Assembly: GCA_025603075.1 (NCBI GenBank)
Contig: MU626304.1
Span: forward strand, 58,518-122,517
Length of the DNA stretch: 64,000 nucleotides
Reading direction: 5' to 3'
From: Neoconidiobolus thromboides FSU 785
Lineage: Eukaryota; Fungi; Entomophthoromycota
A program made the translations under genes and the position numbers. Positions 1 through 12,021 of the stretch are shown here, piece after piece. The first letter of the stretch is position 1, and every line of letters begins with the position of its first letter. Below the pieces are notes generated by a model that was given only the letters and a program-made list of their open reading frames with translations, had not been told where the DNA came from and did not search any database.

Positions 1-53
1 TAATACCATAGGTATTGGTATGATAAATTATCATTAATATTTTATTTTATTAG

Positions 54-191
54 AAATTTCAAAACAATGTTGCTAGTGCAGATAAAAGAACCAAACATTT
101 ATTCAATTCCCTTGATAACTCAGGTGCCTCAACTAAATTATCCAATTTTAAGAAAGCCAAAAAAGCTTTTAAGAAAAAAAATAGAAAATAA
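54..191 (+). CDS. Probable last exon of a gene starting before the window (Lys-rich C-terminal tail)
   Basis: After a T-rich acceptor (ttttattag, ending at 53) the frame reads KFQNNVASADKRTKHLFNSLDNSGASTKLSNFKKAKKAFKKKNRK*. Identity not recognised. Confidence 0.4.
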   Translation, partial: KFQNNVASADKRTKHLFNSLDNSGASTKLSNFKKAKKAFKKKNRK

Positions 192-373
192 TCTTAAACT
201 CCCTTTTCCCCTTATCCAAATACTCTTTTTTATAGATTTTATAAACTTATTTAGTTATATTCTTTATCAGTTTTTTTTATTCTATTAGTATAAAAGATAG
301 TAAATACAATATAAAATTAAGTAAAAGAAATAATCAAATTTTATTAAAACACTTAAAATCAATCATCCTATTA

Positions 374-1992
374 TTATTTTTTACCACTTTTCTTTTTCTT
401 AAGTCTTTCTAATCTTTGTCTTTCTAGTTCTTCTTCCATTTCATCTTCTTCACGAGCAATACGAGCACTTTCAAGAATTATGTTAGTTATAAACAAAAAT
501 AAAATACTAAAATTTACCTTCTTGATTCTTCAGCTCTTAATCTTGAAGCAGAAACTTCCATATCATCATCTGAAAAATCATTCCTATATCTAATAACATT
601 ATAAGTATATAACTTAAATATCTATAATAAGGTTTACTTATTGCGATTATATCCAAAAAGAGAGCCAATAATGGAGGAGATATTTTTCTTTGCATACTCT
701 TCATCTAATAAGTCATCATCAATAAATCCTCTTCGAGTACCGCTTTTTTCACTATTCACTTTTCTTTTGCCTTCGCTACTGACTACTCTTCTTGCACCTT
801 CATTGTTCGTTACTTTGGGTCTTAGTTCATTATTCATTATCTTGGGTCTTATTTCATTATTAACTACCCTTGATCTTATTTCATTACCTATTATTTTTGA
901 TCTTACTACATTTTCATTCTGGTTTATTGAGCTCTTCTTTTTAATTACTGTAGTAGTGCTTGAAGTCGCTCTTTTCCTTTCATTTATTTCAAAATTATTC
1001 CTACTTTGACTAATATTATTGCTGCTACTACCCGATTTGGACTTTGTATTGAGAGTCGGCATCTCATTGTCAATTGGTCCTAATTTAGCAAATCGACTCC
1101 CAGTAAGTACACATGTTTTCTTTTTAGCAATTATATTGGTATTTGAGTTATCGTTAGACTTTGTAATTCTTTTGGGCCCATTCGCGATAGGGCTTGGTCT
1201 ACTACTATTCATCTTTGTTGGTGCAAATTGAGGTGGTATAGAACGAATGGGATTGGGAGCTAAAAAGATAAATATGAACAAAAACATTTGCTATTTAATA
1301 AAAGTATTACTCTTCCTTTTAATGACATCTCTTCTAATCTAAAGTTAAGGTTAAAATTTAATTCATACTATGTTTAAAGAAATTACATTATCATTAGTTA
1401 TACTACTCTTTTTTTTTACTCTCATACTATTTGGTGAATCTAGCTCCGTTTGTTTAGTTGGCATAGTTGGTGGCTTTGGCTTGTTATTTTCCTCAGCATA
1501 TTTCAATATCTCTTCATATGTCATTAAATGGGGTGGCTAGATTAAAAAAGCATAAATATTAAATTATTAATAAGTACAAAAAATATTTACCTTTTCACCA
1601 TTACCATAATTACGTTGTCCTTGGCCTTTAGCTTTATTTTGGTTTTCATTTTTAGAAGAACTACCACCATTAATCTTTTCTTTTTCCTCAACTTTAATTT
1701 TCTGATCATTATTTCTAGGAATCGGAGTTGGCTTTTTTGTACCCATTTGAGGCTCCACCCTCGCCTTCATTGCCATTTCCATCATCTTTTGCTGCCTAAA
1801 TTTTGAAATCTCTTCCTGCTTTTCTTTTTCTCTTTTTAGCCGTGCTTCATGTAACTCTCTTTTCTTTTTCTTTTCTTGAATTAGCCTTTGTGCCTCCCGG
1901 CTATTCTCTTCAGCCAACTTTAACAACTCGTCATACTAGATCTGAAATTAATACATATTTCCAAATAACTTATATTTTATTACTGATGACAT
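374..1992 (-). CDS. SPT2: SPT2 chromatin protein (multi-exon; start uncertain)
   Basis: N-terminal YDELLKLAEENSREAQ coiled coil, low-complexity middle (ORFs 1567-1926 and 634-1287), and the SPT2 C-terminal signature LFGYNRNK / YRNDFSDDDMEVSASRLRAEESRRSARIAREEDEMEEE ending KKKSGKK*. Confidence 0.85.
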
Positions 1993-3003
1993 TATATTTT
2001 TTTAACAAACAAAACTATGATCAGTTTTTACCTTTTTATAGATGCGCTTGAAGCATCACAAAGAAGCATCATTGATTGGTCATTATCTTTATTTTTGAGC
2101 CAATGAATTATAGCCATATTTGAGGATCAAAATTATGGGGTAAATTACTATATTTAGTTTAACTATTGATTAAAAAAACTACATTGAGAATTAACAGTAT
2201 GTTCTAAAGTTAAGCTAAAATATCAAATCTAAATGTACATCCTTGTCAGTATCTAAAAATCAGAAAAGCAGATTTATCCATCTAATACGCTTTCTATGAT
2301 AATAAGTCTTTTCATTTCTTTTGTTCATAAAAAATATTTAATAATTGATTAGTTTCTTTAAGTTTTTTAAAAGTTGAATTTTATAAATTGGGATTTTTTA
2401 GGCAAATTAGAAGAAAAATATAATAAAATTTACTTTAAATAATCAATACTATATTTTTTATTTAATCACCTTTAGTTGTTAAAGAGAGAATCCTTACTAT
2501 TGGCCATGTTTCTACTTTTTGACATTTTCAATTAGAGATTATTAGTCATTCAATACAAGTACATTTCTAAACTAGAAACTTCTCAAAGTCAATGTAAAAG
2601 CTTTGATTACAATCACAAATACTAAATAAAATAATACTTTCATATCAGAAATTGACTATATTAAATTAAATATACATACAATAAACAATCTCATTTTATA
2701 AAAAGCAACATAGTATTTTAAAGTTTTTAAGTATATTTTTTAATATTTACAATTAATTATTTGGGGTATTTTTATACAAAAATAATTCACTTAGTGTTTT
2801 TGAGTTCATGTACAATTGTGGTATAATATTCCAATTTTAATAATAATCTGATAAAGATAAGCAATTTAGAGAAAAATAGTTGATTGAATAACATCAATAA
2901 TTCTATGATTAAAAAACTCAATAGCAAATATTAATACAAAGTGCAAAAGTACAAAAGTACAAAAGTATAAAAGATAAACGAAATAAAATACTTTCACTGA
3001 AAA

Positions 3004-4332
3004 ATGGAATTAAAATTAGAGTATCTACCTTTAGTTGTATTAGATGAAATTTTTAAGTTAGTATCTCCAAAAGAATTGTTTAAGTTACGCTTTTTAAATA
3101 AATATTTATTTAATACTATAAATGATACTATTAAATATAATTTGACTTATTCAATATATAGTCATTATGAAATTAAGGAGTATAATAAATGTCAGGAGGA
3201 TTTTATTAAAAAAAATGGACTAATGATGAGGCATTTGAGTATAAATGATAACAATGTGGAATATTTGAATTATTGTCCTAACATCTTAACTCTAAGCTAT
3301 AGCAATAATATACGAAAATTTAACAACAGTATTGTCGATAAATCAAACAATAAGATGGACGTCAACCTGGTGAAATTAAGGAAGATTATTATTAATACAT
3401 CAAGTAATGATGACTGCTGTCAACTATTTGAACAATTTAAGGCCTCCTTATACCAACTTGAAATGATTGAAATCAACAGCTATTGTGGAGATTTAGAAAA
3501 TATAATTAAATATTTAAATCCTAATAAATTAAAGATATTTAAATTGTACTCTGATGATTATTTAAATATTAATGGATTGGCTACAATCAAAACTAAATTC
3601 TACAACCTAAAGGTGCTACATTTGAAGTTTAATAGACATATTATTACACCGAAGGAGTATAGATACAATATAAATTTTAGCTCAAATTTGGAATTAATAG
3701 TTGAAGGTGACTTTTATTTGAATTTCAACATCAATTGTCTTGGAAGTCTAAGTAACTTAAAAAGCGTGAAACTAATAGATACTTCCGGTTCTTTATTTAA
3801 TGCAGATAGCAATGATATAAAATCAATTGAAAGTGGCAATATAATCAGTCTAGGCTATCTTGATATAGTCAATTCAATCAAATATCATTTAGTCAATTTA
3901 CCAACATTAAGAGAAGTATATTTTAATGAGTTAACAATGGAAAAGCTAAAATTAATTTCTATGCTATCTAACATTGAAGTTATTCATATCAATTATTTAA
4001 ACTTTGATAGCAAGAGCATTATTCAAATCCCTAGCTCAAGCAGTAGTGATAATCGTAAAACAGAGTCTCGATTATATAAATGTAACTTCATAAAACAAAT
4101 TACAATTGATTTTTACCATCCTTCATATGAGCAGTTTATTTCTTTTTTGCTTTTATTTCCAAAACTTAACGCAGTTAAAATTAATAATTTTGATTTAATA
4201 GCTAAACACAAAACTATTGATTTTAAACTAAATACCCCTTTGTTACTTACCACTCCTGCCATATCTTATACCAATATAAGCGCTTTCAATGAATTGGCTA
4301 ATACTCCAATGCTAAATTGGATTAGAATATAA
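3004..4332 (+). CDS. Intronless F-box / LRR-like protein
   Basis: N-terminal F-box-like motif LEYLPLVVLDEIFKLVSPKELFKLRFLNKYL, followed by repeated LxxLxL segments (NLKVLHL, NLKSVKL, TLREVYF, KLNAVKI). Confidence 0.75.
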   Translation: MELKLEYLPLVVLDEIFKLVSPKELFKLRFLNKYLFNTINDTIKYNLTYSIYSHYEIKEYNKCQEDFIKKNGLMMRHLSINDNNVEYLNYCPNILTLSYSNNIRKFNNSIVDKSNNKMDVNLVKLRKIIINTSSNDDCCQLFEQFKASLYQLEMIEINSYCGDLENIIKYLNPNKLKIFKLYSDDYLNINGLATIKTKFYNLKVLHLKFNRHIITPKEYRYNINFSSNLELIVEGDFYLNFNINCLGSLSNLKSVKLIDTSGSLFNADSNDIKSIESGNIISLGYLDIVNSIKYHLVNLPTLREVYFNELTMEKLKLISMLSNIEVIHINYLNFDSKSIIQIPSSSSSDNRKTESRLYKCNFIKQITIDFYHPSYEQFISFLLLFPKLNAVKINNFDLIAKHKTIDFKLNTPLLLTTPAISYTNISAFNELANTPMLNWIRI

Positions 4333-4565
4333 TGATTTGATATTCGAATTATATAGCAGTATCAATGATATCAAAAGCTTTCTTAACGGCTGATATATAT
4401 GTCCTTGTTTGTACTATTGCTTAAATAAGCCCTCAATTCATTGGTAGCTATTAATACCATCATCTACTTTTTACATTTCAATTTTGTTTATTTGTGAAAT
4501 TTACTTCATTCACAATAAAAAACTGCTAATTTATGTAAATTATCATTAAATTAAATAAAAGATTT

Positions 4566-4662
4566 GGGGGTGTTTTTTTTGGCTTCATTACTTTTTCTAT
4601 CTTTTAAGTGTTATTTAAATGGAAAAACTATCACTGAAATTCTTACATAAAAATACATCCCC
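4566..4662 (+). mobile_element. MITE-like element family A, copy 1 (97 bp)
   Basis: Begins GGGGGTGTTTTTTT and ends AAAAATACATCCCC (imperfect TIR). Flanked by ATTT on both sides (4562-4565 and 4663-4666). Confidence 0.85.
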
Positions 4663-4985
4663 ATTTATTAAGTACAAAATTTAAAAATAAGATAAAAAGG
4701 TATTTTAGTTCAAAATTTTATTGAAGACCAATACTTAATCATAAAGAATGAGTCTTTTGTTTTATTTTTTATTTCATATTGTCATTAAAATATTTATAGA
4801 ATCTGGTCGAGCTAGCTTGTTTTAAAAAAATAAAGACTCAAAAATAATCACAAATGTTTCTAAAAATGGTATATTAGAAAATATGTTCACTATATATAAC
4901 GCTAAAGTTCAACATTATATTAAAAAATTGTTATAACTAAAACATTGTTTTTATAGCGTATTTATCAATAATCTATTTAATATAT

Positions 4986-5084
4986 GGGGATGTTTTTTTT
5001 GACTTCATTATTTTTTCCATCTTTTAAGCACTATTTGAATGGAAAATTTGTTAGTAAAATTCTCAAATACAAAAATACATCTCC
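4986..5084 (+). mobile_element. MITE-like element family A, copy 2 (99 bp)
   Basis: GGGGATGTTTTTTT...AAAAATACATCTCC with the same internal sequence as copy 1. ATAT direct repeat on both sides. Confidence 0.85.
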
Positions 5085-5350
5085 ATATATAAAAAGACCA
5101 TTGTTCTGAATAGGTTTAAAATTTATAGCATAAATTTAATAACAATAATAAATTATAAGTAATCATGAAAAATAAGTTGTTTTGATTTAGCAATATCATT
5201 AATACGAACTACCCTTTGACATTATATACATCTATGGTATTTATTATAAGTCAAATAGACGAAATAGATAATTCGAACAAACTTTTAAGCTACATAATCC
5301 CCACAAATTAAACACTAATATATGTATACTCAATTTTCTGATTAAATTAA

Positions 5351-6450
5351 TCATTTATGGTATTTTGCCTAAAATAAATTAAACAATATAAAAGCTGAAA
5401 TCAAAAAAGTTACTTGATACAATCCAGAGTAATAACCTGCAAAATACCATGAAGATAACAGGTTTTCCAAATCAACGTCTTGTTGTGACCCTAATCAATA
5501 GTTATAAGCTGATCATAAAATCTTTTTTATAATTATACTTTGACCATTTAGCACTGGAAACGAAACAGGAGGAAAAACGGGCTAAAAATTTTAATAAAGG
5601 TTAAACCGTTTTTCAAAGAAATTTTTACCACAGTTGTACTAGCTCCTTGGCTTTCAGTGTTATCTATTTTATTCTAAAAATAGAATTAAACAAATTTAAT
5701 AATAAAAACTAACTATTTACATTTTCATTTTTTTTCACTTTTTTTTTTGCCCCTGTTTCAATATCTCCTGTTATCTTTTTACTAAAAGTAGCTTTACGAC
5801 CTACCTTATGTTAGTTTATATTCCAATAATTGAATTATGTTACCTTTATTGTTAGTTTCCTCGATTTTCTATATAAAGTGCTTATTCAATTATATAATAT
5901 TTAATTTAACTTAATTAATACCTCACTAAATTGTTAATATAAATTACAAATAAAATAAAATCTTAACTTTATACCTTTCAATTTCGATTTCAATCTGATT
6001 ACTAGAATTCCTATTATTTTTCATCTCCTAAAATAAAATCACCGTAAGAATTAGAAATTATAGCATATATCGAATAAAACTTACGTCTCTTTGTCTAACC
6101 CCTTCGTCCCAAGCTGCAATTAATGCCGAGTCATCCCAAAAGTCTTTATTATGAAGTTGTATATCAAAAGATTGGAAGGCTGGCTGTTCTCTTTGTTCCA
6201 ATTGAATTTCCTCTTCATTATCATTATAACCTTGCTCATCTTGATTTGTTTCTTGTTCGATTTCTTCTTCATAATATTCTTCGTTTTTAGCTACCTCTAC
6301 TTGATCATAGTTTGTTTTAGTTTCAGGTTCTAAGTTATCATTTTCAATAGTATCCTTTAAATGTTATATTATATCGTATTTATTAATTTTAATTGTTACT
6401 TCATTCATTTCCTTTAATAACTGCTCTTCTAAGTCTTCGATATCTCCCAT
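5351..6450 (-). CDS. SMN1: Survival motor neuron (SMN/Smn1) homolog, multi-exon
   Basis: Spliced product has the Gemin2-binding motif DFWDDSALIAAWDEGV and the C-terminal YG box DLENLLSSWYFAGYYSGLYQ|AKYHK*. Starts MGDIEDLEEQ at 6450. Confidence 0.88.
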
Positions 6451-6560
6451 ATTCAAATAATTTAAAACTGCTTAAATGTGTAAAAAGAGAACTAGAATAA
6501 AAATTGGATTTTATGTTTTTTAACAAATTATTATTAGGTAGGACTAAAAGTATTAGCAAA

Positions 6561-7331
6561 ATGCAAGAAATATCAATACAATTTAATCAACAGATAAAGA
6601 AAGAGGAATACCCATTGATTCAAAAGTTTAAACCTTTTCAAGAACTTTATAGCAAATTAAGTCAAATGAATCCTTCAGCTGTAAAGATCAATAAAATTAT
6701 GATTGAAGCAATCGATAAATTTAAAAGTGATAAAATTGGTTTTATTAAACTAAAAGTAGATTCCGTAAGTTTAGAAAATGATGCTAAAATTCCTGGGATC
6801 ATTTTATTGGTAATTCAATACAAGTTAATAATATTTATTAATTATTATTTATAATAGCGAGGAAACTCAGTCAGCACATTAATATTATTAACTTGCGAAG
6901 AAGATATAAGCATAGGTAAAGAAGAGTATGTTTTATTAACCAGTCAGCCAAGATTAGCAGCTGGAGAAGAAAGCTTATTAGAATTACCAGCTGGGATGCT
7001 TGATGAAGAAGATAACTTACATGTAAAAGCAATTCAAGAAGTCGAAGAAGAAACTGGACTCAAAATCAAAAATGAGGAGCTAAAACTATTAAATAAGCAA
7101 GGCCATCATACTTCCCCAGGATTATTAGATGAAAAGGTTTATTTCTTTTTTACAAAATTAATCTTAAAAAGAAAAGAATTGAACGCTATTAATAACAAAC
7201 TCACTGGTTTACGAAAAGAAGGGGAACTAATTACGTTAAAACTAATGCCTATTTCTGAAGCTTTAAATCAAACAAATGATATCAAAATCCTTTCTGCTTA
7301 TACTTTGTATCAAATGCGTGCAAAAGAATAG
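6561..7331 (+). CDS. Nudix hydrolase (ADP-sugar pyrophosphatase / NUDT14-like), 2 exons
   Basis: IPGIILL|RGNSVSTLILL...QPRLAAG...ELPAGMLD...AIQEVEEETGL Nudix box. Intron at about 6810-6857. Confidence 0.85.
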
Positions 7332-7396
7332 CTTAAATATTTATTGTATTTATTAAATAAAAATTATGCTTTATTTCATTTATTTTACTTAATAGC

Positions 7397-8095
7397 TTAT
7401 TCTTTAATTATATAATCCCAGCCATATGTAGTATTTACCCGGCTATCCTTATTTACTCCTTTCTTTATCAAACCACTTAGTAGCATACTCTCTTCATAAA
7501 ACATGAATATCTCATCTAAATCTGAATCAAGATTATTAAACTAATAAATATGTATTAGTGAATATGTTATCTTATATATTTGTTTACCTGTAAATTATCT
7601 TCATTAGGATTAAATTTATCTTTAATTATATTTTGTAATTTTATCAGTTTTTTAATCTTTGAAGAAAGAAAATCAATACTAAATTAAAGCAAGGTTATAA
7701 ATAATAATAATAATGGTTCTTTGCATACCTCTTAATGTAATTTAAATAGTTTGAATCTCTTTTTTGACTATATTCTATTTGAACTTTTTCAAACTGATTT
7801 TTAAGTTCAGTAAATTTTTCATTGCAGGATACTAGTTCATCCTGTATTGTGTCAACTAACTTTTCTATTTTTGCCATGTTCCTTGCTGTTTTATTGATTC
7901 CTTCCATGCATTCTGCAATCTAAAAATAAACATAAACTAAGAAAATCTTAAGAAAAGAATGCTTACTTTCTCTTCTGATTTGTCAAACTTATCTTCAGTT
8001 AATTTATTATCTTTAATAAATTCGTTGCTTTCTTCTCCCATACGATCAATCTCTTCTTCCCATACTTTTAACTTTTGCTGATAAAACTCCTCCAT
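7397..8095 (-). CDS. Hypothetical coiled-coil protein, about 4 exons
   Basis: MEEFYQQKLKVWEEEIDRMGEES... plus ORF 7695-7907 heptad-rich segment, ending ...GVNKDSRVNTTYGWDYIIKE*. Canonical introns join the pieces in frame. Confidence 0.6.
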
Positions 8096-8229
8096 TTTAA
8101 ACCCTTTGATAATGAACTAAATTATTCATAAAATATAAATTTTAATTTTTATCCAAAATAAAATGTCTTTAATTGGTCATTTAAGTTTTAAAGCTTTCGA
8201 AATCAAATTTACTTTGATTTAACATTAAA

Positions 8230-8653
8230 ATGTTGTTTTGTCCATTATGTGGGAATATGCTAATTATTAGTCAGAGTGAAACACAAACTTTTTCATGTCA
8301 AACATGTCCATATCAATTTTTAATTCAAAAGACAGTAATCAGCTATTTTAAATTATCATATGCATTTATTCATTTATTTAGCACGTTTCGCGATATGTAT
8401 TAAAGAGAAAGGAGGTGGATGATGTTTTGGGTGGTGCAGAATCCTGGGAAAATGTGGACCAAACAGATGGTAATCTAGATATTATTGTGTAAATTTGGGA
8501 TTAACCGTTTAATAATTATTAGCTGCATGTCCCAAATGTGAAAATGGTAGAGCTTTTTACTTTCAATTGCAAATTCGTTCCGCTGATGAACCTATGACTA
8601 CATTTTATAAGTGTACTAGTAGTGATTGCTCGCATAAATGGAAGGAAAATTAA
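8230..8653 (+). CDS. RPC11: RNA polymerase III subunit C11 (TFIIS-like), 3 exons
   Basis: MLFCPLCGN..CQTCPY zinc ribbon; KEVDDVLGGAESWENVDQTD; CPKCENGRAFYFQLQIRSADEPMTTFYKC...WKEN*. Confidence 0.95.
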
Positions 8654-9202
8654 TGGAATAATGATAATTTAAAGTTATCAATTGACCTGTTTTGGAAAGT
8701 AATATTTTAAGGGGTTTGGTTGATTATAAATAAACATATAGAATATTTATGATTGTTTTTAAGTGTAGATTTTGGAATTAAATAAATTAATAATGTTAAC
8801 AAATTTAGAGCTTTATATGATATAAGTCAAGACAATTTTTTTTAACAATAGAGTAAAATAGAACTGGATTATATTTGATTTTCGTTGTATAAAATTTTAT
8901 ATTATGTATTAGTAGCCATTGTTGTTTTCGATTACTAGGTCAAATTCAAAAAGTGAGATATCATCTTAGTCCTATATAGACCGCAACCGTTGACTACAAA
9001 GCTTGATGACTCCCCTTATAGTACAAATTTATTGAATATAGTCTAATAAAAATGATAGTATAATATGTAATAATTTGTAAAAAAAAGAAAATAACAGTTT
9101 AAAATAGTAATATATTTTAATTGTTTTATGTTGGGTATACTCTATAAATCTAATCTACTTTAAGTTTTTACTAAAGAGACTAGAGCGAATAGGTATATAG
9201 TT

Positions 9203-10034
9203 TTAGTAATTGCTTTGAGCAATAATTTTTGAGAGTTGTTCCAATTTGATTTGGTGTTGTTGAACAGTTTGAGGTTTAGATTCTACATGAGGGGCAGAGG
9301 GATTAAACAATAAATCATTATCACTAAACTTCCATCCTTTTTCTTCGGTAAAAGCTGTTAGTTCATCGTCTATTCAAATAAGTTTATTGGATTTATTTAA
9401 AGCTTCAAAAAAAAAATTACCGTCAAAGTTAAGATACTCCTTAACAATGTTTTTTTCTAAAGTATCAAAGGTAGTTTCGAGAGAGCTTGAAATCACTTTT
9501 CTAATGTCTTTATCAAAGTTTTTGATATCTCCTAAAACTTCTTTACACTCTTTACTAGCTAAAAGAGCCCAAAACTCTTTATATCTGCACTCTTCTAAAA
9601 GTCTTTGAAGATCTAATAAGTTTTTCACTAATGGCTCAGCAAGCTAAAAAAAAATGGTTGAAATTTTATTTTACTCTGTTCTATAATAATATACTTACAA
9701 TGGTTGGGTTTAATAAACTTAAGAACATGTCAAAGTCAGCATCTGGTAAAGCTGTTAAAGATTTCCCAAGTATAGTGGTTATGACGGCTAAGTTAATTAA
9801 AGAAGGATTGAATTGATACCTTAAGTTTTAATTAGTAAAATAAAAATAGTAAACATAGATGAATTACAATTCCAAAATAGCTAAATTAGAAATAAGATCA
9901 TATTGTCCAGAACGACATTGTAAACCTAAATATTCTTCAAGTTGAGGTAAATTTTCTGGGTTATATCTTTCAACACCAGTTATGGCTTCTTCTATATGTT
10001 GAGGACGTTGAGTTGCTAATTGATTTGGGCTCAT
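9203..10034 (-). CDS. eIF3k: Translation initiation factor eIF3 subunit K
   Basis: GVERYNPENLPQLEEYL...YDLISNLAILKLYQFNP...LEECRYKEFW...IKLEQLSKIIAQSNY*, the typical eIF3k PCI pattern. Confidence 0.9.
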
Positions 10035-10397
10035 TTTTTTAACAAATTGTAAAAATCTTTTGAGTTGAAAAAGATGTTTGATTCCATTTTAAAAGTTGCA
10101 AAAAGTGAAAATGACAATAAAGATATACTTTAGATGAAATTTGTGCATTAATATTTATATGTCATTAAATCAAATATATTAATTAAGCTCGTGAAATTTA
10201 TTTATCTTTGTTATTGGTGTTATTTATCTTATTAACAAGGCATTATTAGTCATTTTATTTTTATTATTAATTTTTGCATTAATTGTTGTTTAAAACTCTT
10301 TATTTAAAGTTGAGTTATCTTAAGTTTTAATTCTAAAAAGTTAAACAAAGTAGAATGCTAACCAGATTGCAAGGTAAAATAAGATCAGTATAATATA

Positions 10398-12021
10398 ATG
10401 AGAAAATCAAACCAAGTCAAAAAAAGTAATGGAATAGATAATGTAGAGACTAGTTTAAATGGAGTGTTTGAAAGCAAAAGATATTCAAGGGTCAACCAGG
10501 GGAATGTGGCGGAAGAATATTTATACTCTGAACAAAGTTATTCGTCAATTAATAATGGCAACCATTTCAATGATTCTATCAAAAGGAATTCTCATCCTTT
10601 ATTATATAATCCAAAAGCGCCCCAACCTAATAAAAACTTAAATAGAGATAGAAATAGTATACTATTGAAGCATTCTACAGTGCAGCAAGATGAGAACAGT
10701 TATTTTAAAGAAAGGGAACAAGTTCAAAAGACAAGTGAATATAATAATAGCTCAATAAAACAGATAACTAGGAACAAAGTAAATGATAAGCTAAACTTGA
10801 AAGAATATATGACTGAATTTCCGTTAAATTTAGTTTTACCTAACTATACTCATACGCTTAAAAAATTTGATGTTAACCAATTGTTCACCTATAGTCGTAG
10901 CTTAATTACTGGTAAAGAATTAGATGTTAAGGACAATTTAGGTGTTGTACCTATCTCAGTATTAGGCGGGCCAAAGATAGGAAAAACAACGTTTGTAAAA
11001 TATTTGACACAAGGTAGTTATAACGAGATTCCCAATAGTAAAGATTTTGAAATCATTCAAAGCTTAAAGTTTGAAAAAGAAGTTTATAACGAACTTGGGA
11101 TTAAGGTATATAGTCATCCAAAAAGATATGATAAATTAGGTGGCGGTCCTTTAGTTTTGGAATGTCAATCCCTTGCCTCATTTAATACAATGCTATATTT
11201 ATATAAAAATAAGGATCATCAACATAAACATATGACGTCTAATCAAATACTCTCGTTTCGTGAAGCACAACTCTTAGCGTTTACTTCAAGTGTGAGTAAA
11301 TATGTGTTATTGTTCCTTGACGGATCACAGGAAGATATTGATTTATCAGTTTTGATCGACTTTATACAAGAGCATAACAAAAAGGCACTTTGGTGGAAAG
11401 ATTATAAAAATTCACAACCATTTACTGAGCAACAAAGTAACAGTGAACTACAGCAATTTCTAAGTTGTAGGAAGAGCTTAATTATTGTTGTAAGTAAGTT
11501 TACACCGAGCTTCTCAAATATTAATAAAAGAATGGGGCTTGAAGCTAAAATATTGGATTTATTAGCAGCATTAAATCATAATAAGCAAACCGTAGACTCA
11601 CATGTTGAGTTTGAATATACCGGTAAGTTTATTTCCTATTAAATTAAATATAGTAATAGTTTTAGGGTTAAATTTAGATCCAAATTTAAGAGGAAACATA
11701 AATCTATTAATTAAAAAGAATCTAGTTAATATATTAAATATCATTTATTTACCAGATTTTAATGAAAAAGACGGATTTTTAAATTATCATTTAAGTATAT
11801 TAAGATTAAGAAAACTAATTTTAAACCCTGGATTAAATGAAGTAGATAAAAGAAAAAAAGGAACAAATTATAATTCTAATGTTTTAATTATGAATGAAAG
11901 AAAATGGTAATAATTTTTAAGTATAATAGTAACTATATAATCTCCATTTAGGCTTGCTTATTCTTATTTGCTTTGGGAATCGATATTATCAAATCAAGAT
12001 TCACTCTTTAGAAGTTATTGA
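10398..12021 (+). CDS. SMG9: SMG9-like P-loop GTPase (NMD factor), 3 exons
   Basis: ISVLGGPKIGKTT (G1), LVLECQSL, QLLAFTSSVSKYVLLFLD, IDLSVLIDF, LIIVVSK, NIIYLP, YHLSILRLRKLIL and MNERKW|LAYSYLLWESI occur in the same order as metazoan SMG9 motifs as I recall them. Low-complexity N-terminus. Confidence 0.7.

Noticed and set aside
67-288. ORF-track 73-aa protein
   Set aside because: An alternative frame (54-191) gives a more protein-like Lys-rich tail after a splice acceptor. The listed ORF runs into T-rich 3'-UTR-like sequence.
641-2051. Hydrophobic plus-strand ORFs (641-1009, 1019-1231, 1615-1806, 1803-2051)
   Set aside because: Antisense shadows of the K/E/N-rich SPT2 exons. The same applies to 6151-6333, 9387-9608, 17022-17282, 40078-40347, 55141-55398 and similar ORFs.
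4566-5084. Two similar ~98 bp units as a possible CRISPR-like or tandem array
   Set aside because: Irregular spacing, both orientations elsewhere, TIRs and TSDs: dispersed MITEs, and the context is eukaryotic.
9004-9050. ATGA...AAA segment as a possible SECIS, and ACTCCCCTT as a U6atac-like motif
   Set aside because: No proper second helix or GA quartet, no in-frame TGA in the flanking genes, and no U6atac GGAGAGAAGGTTAGC core.
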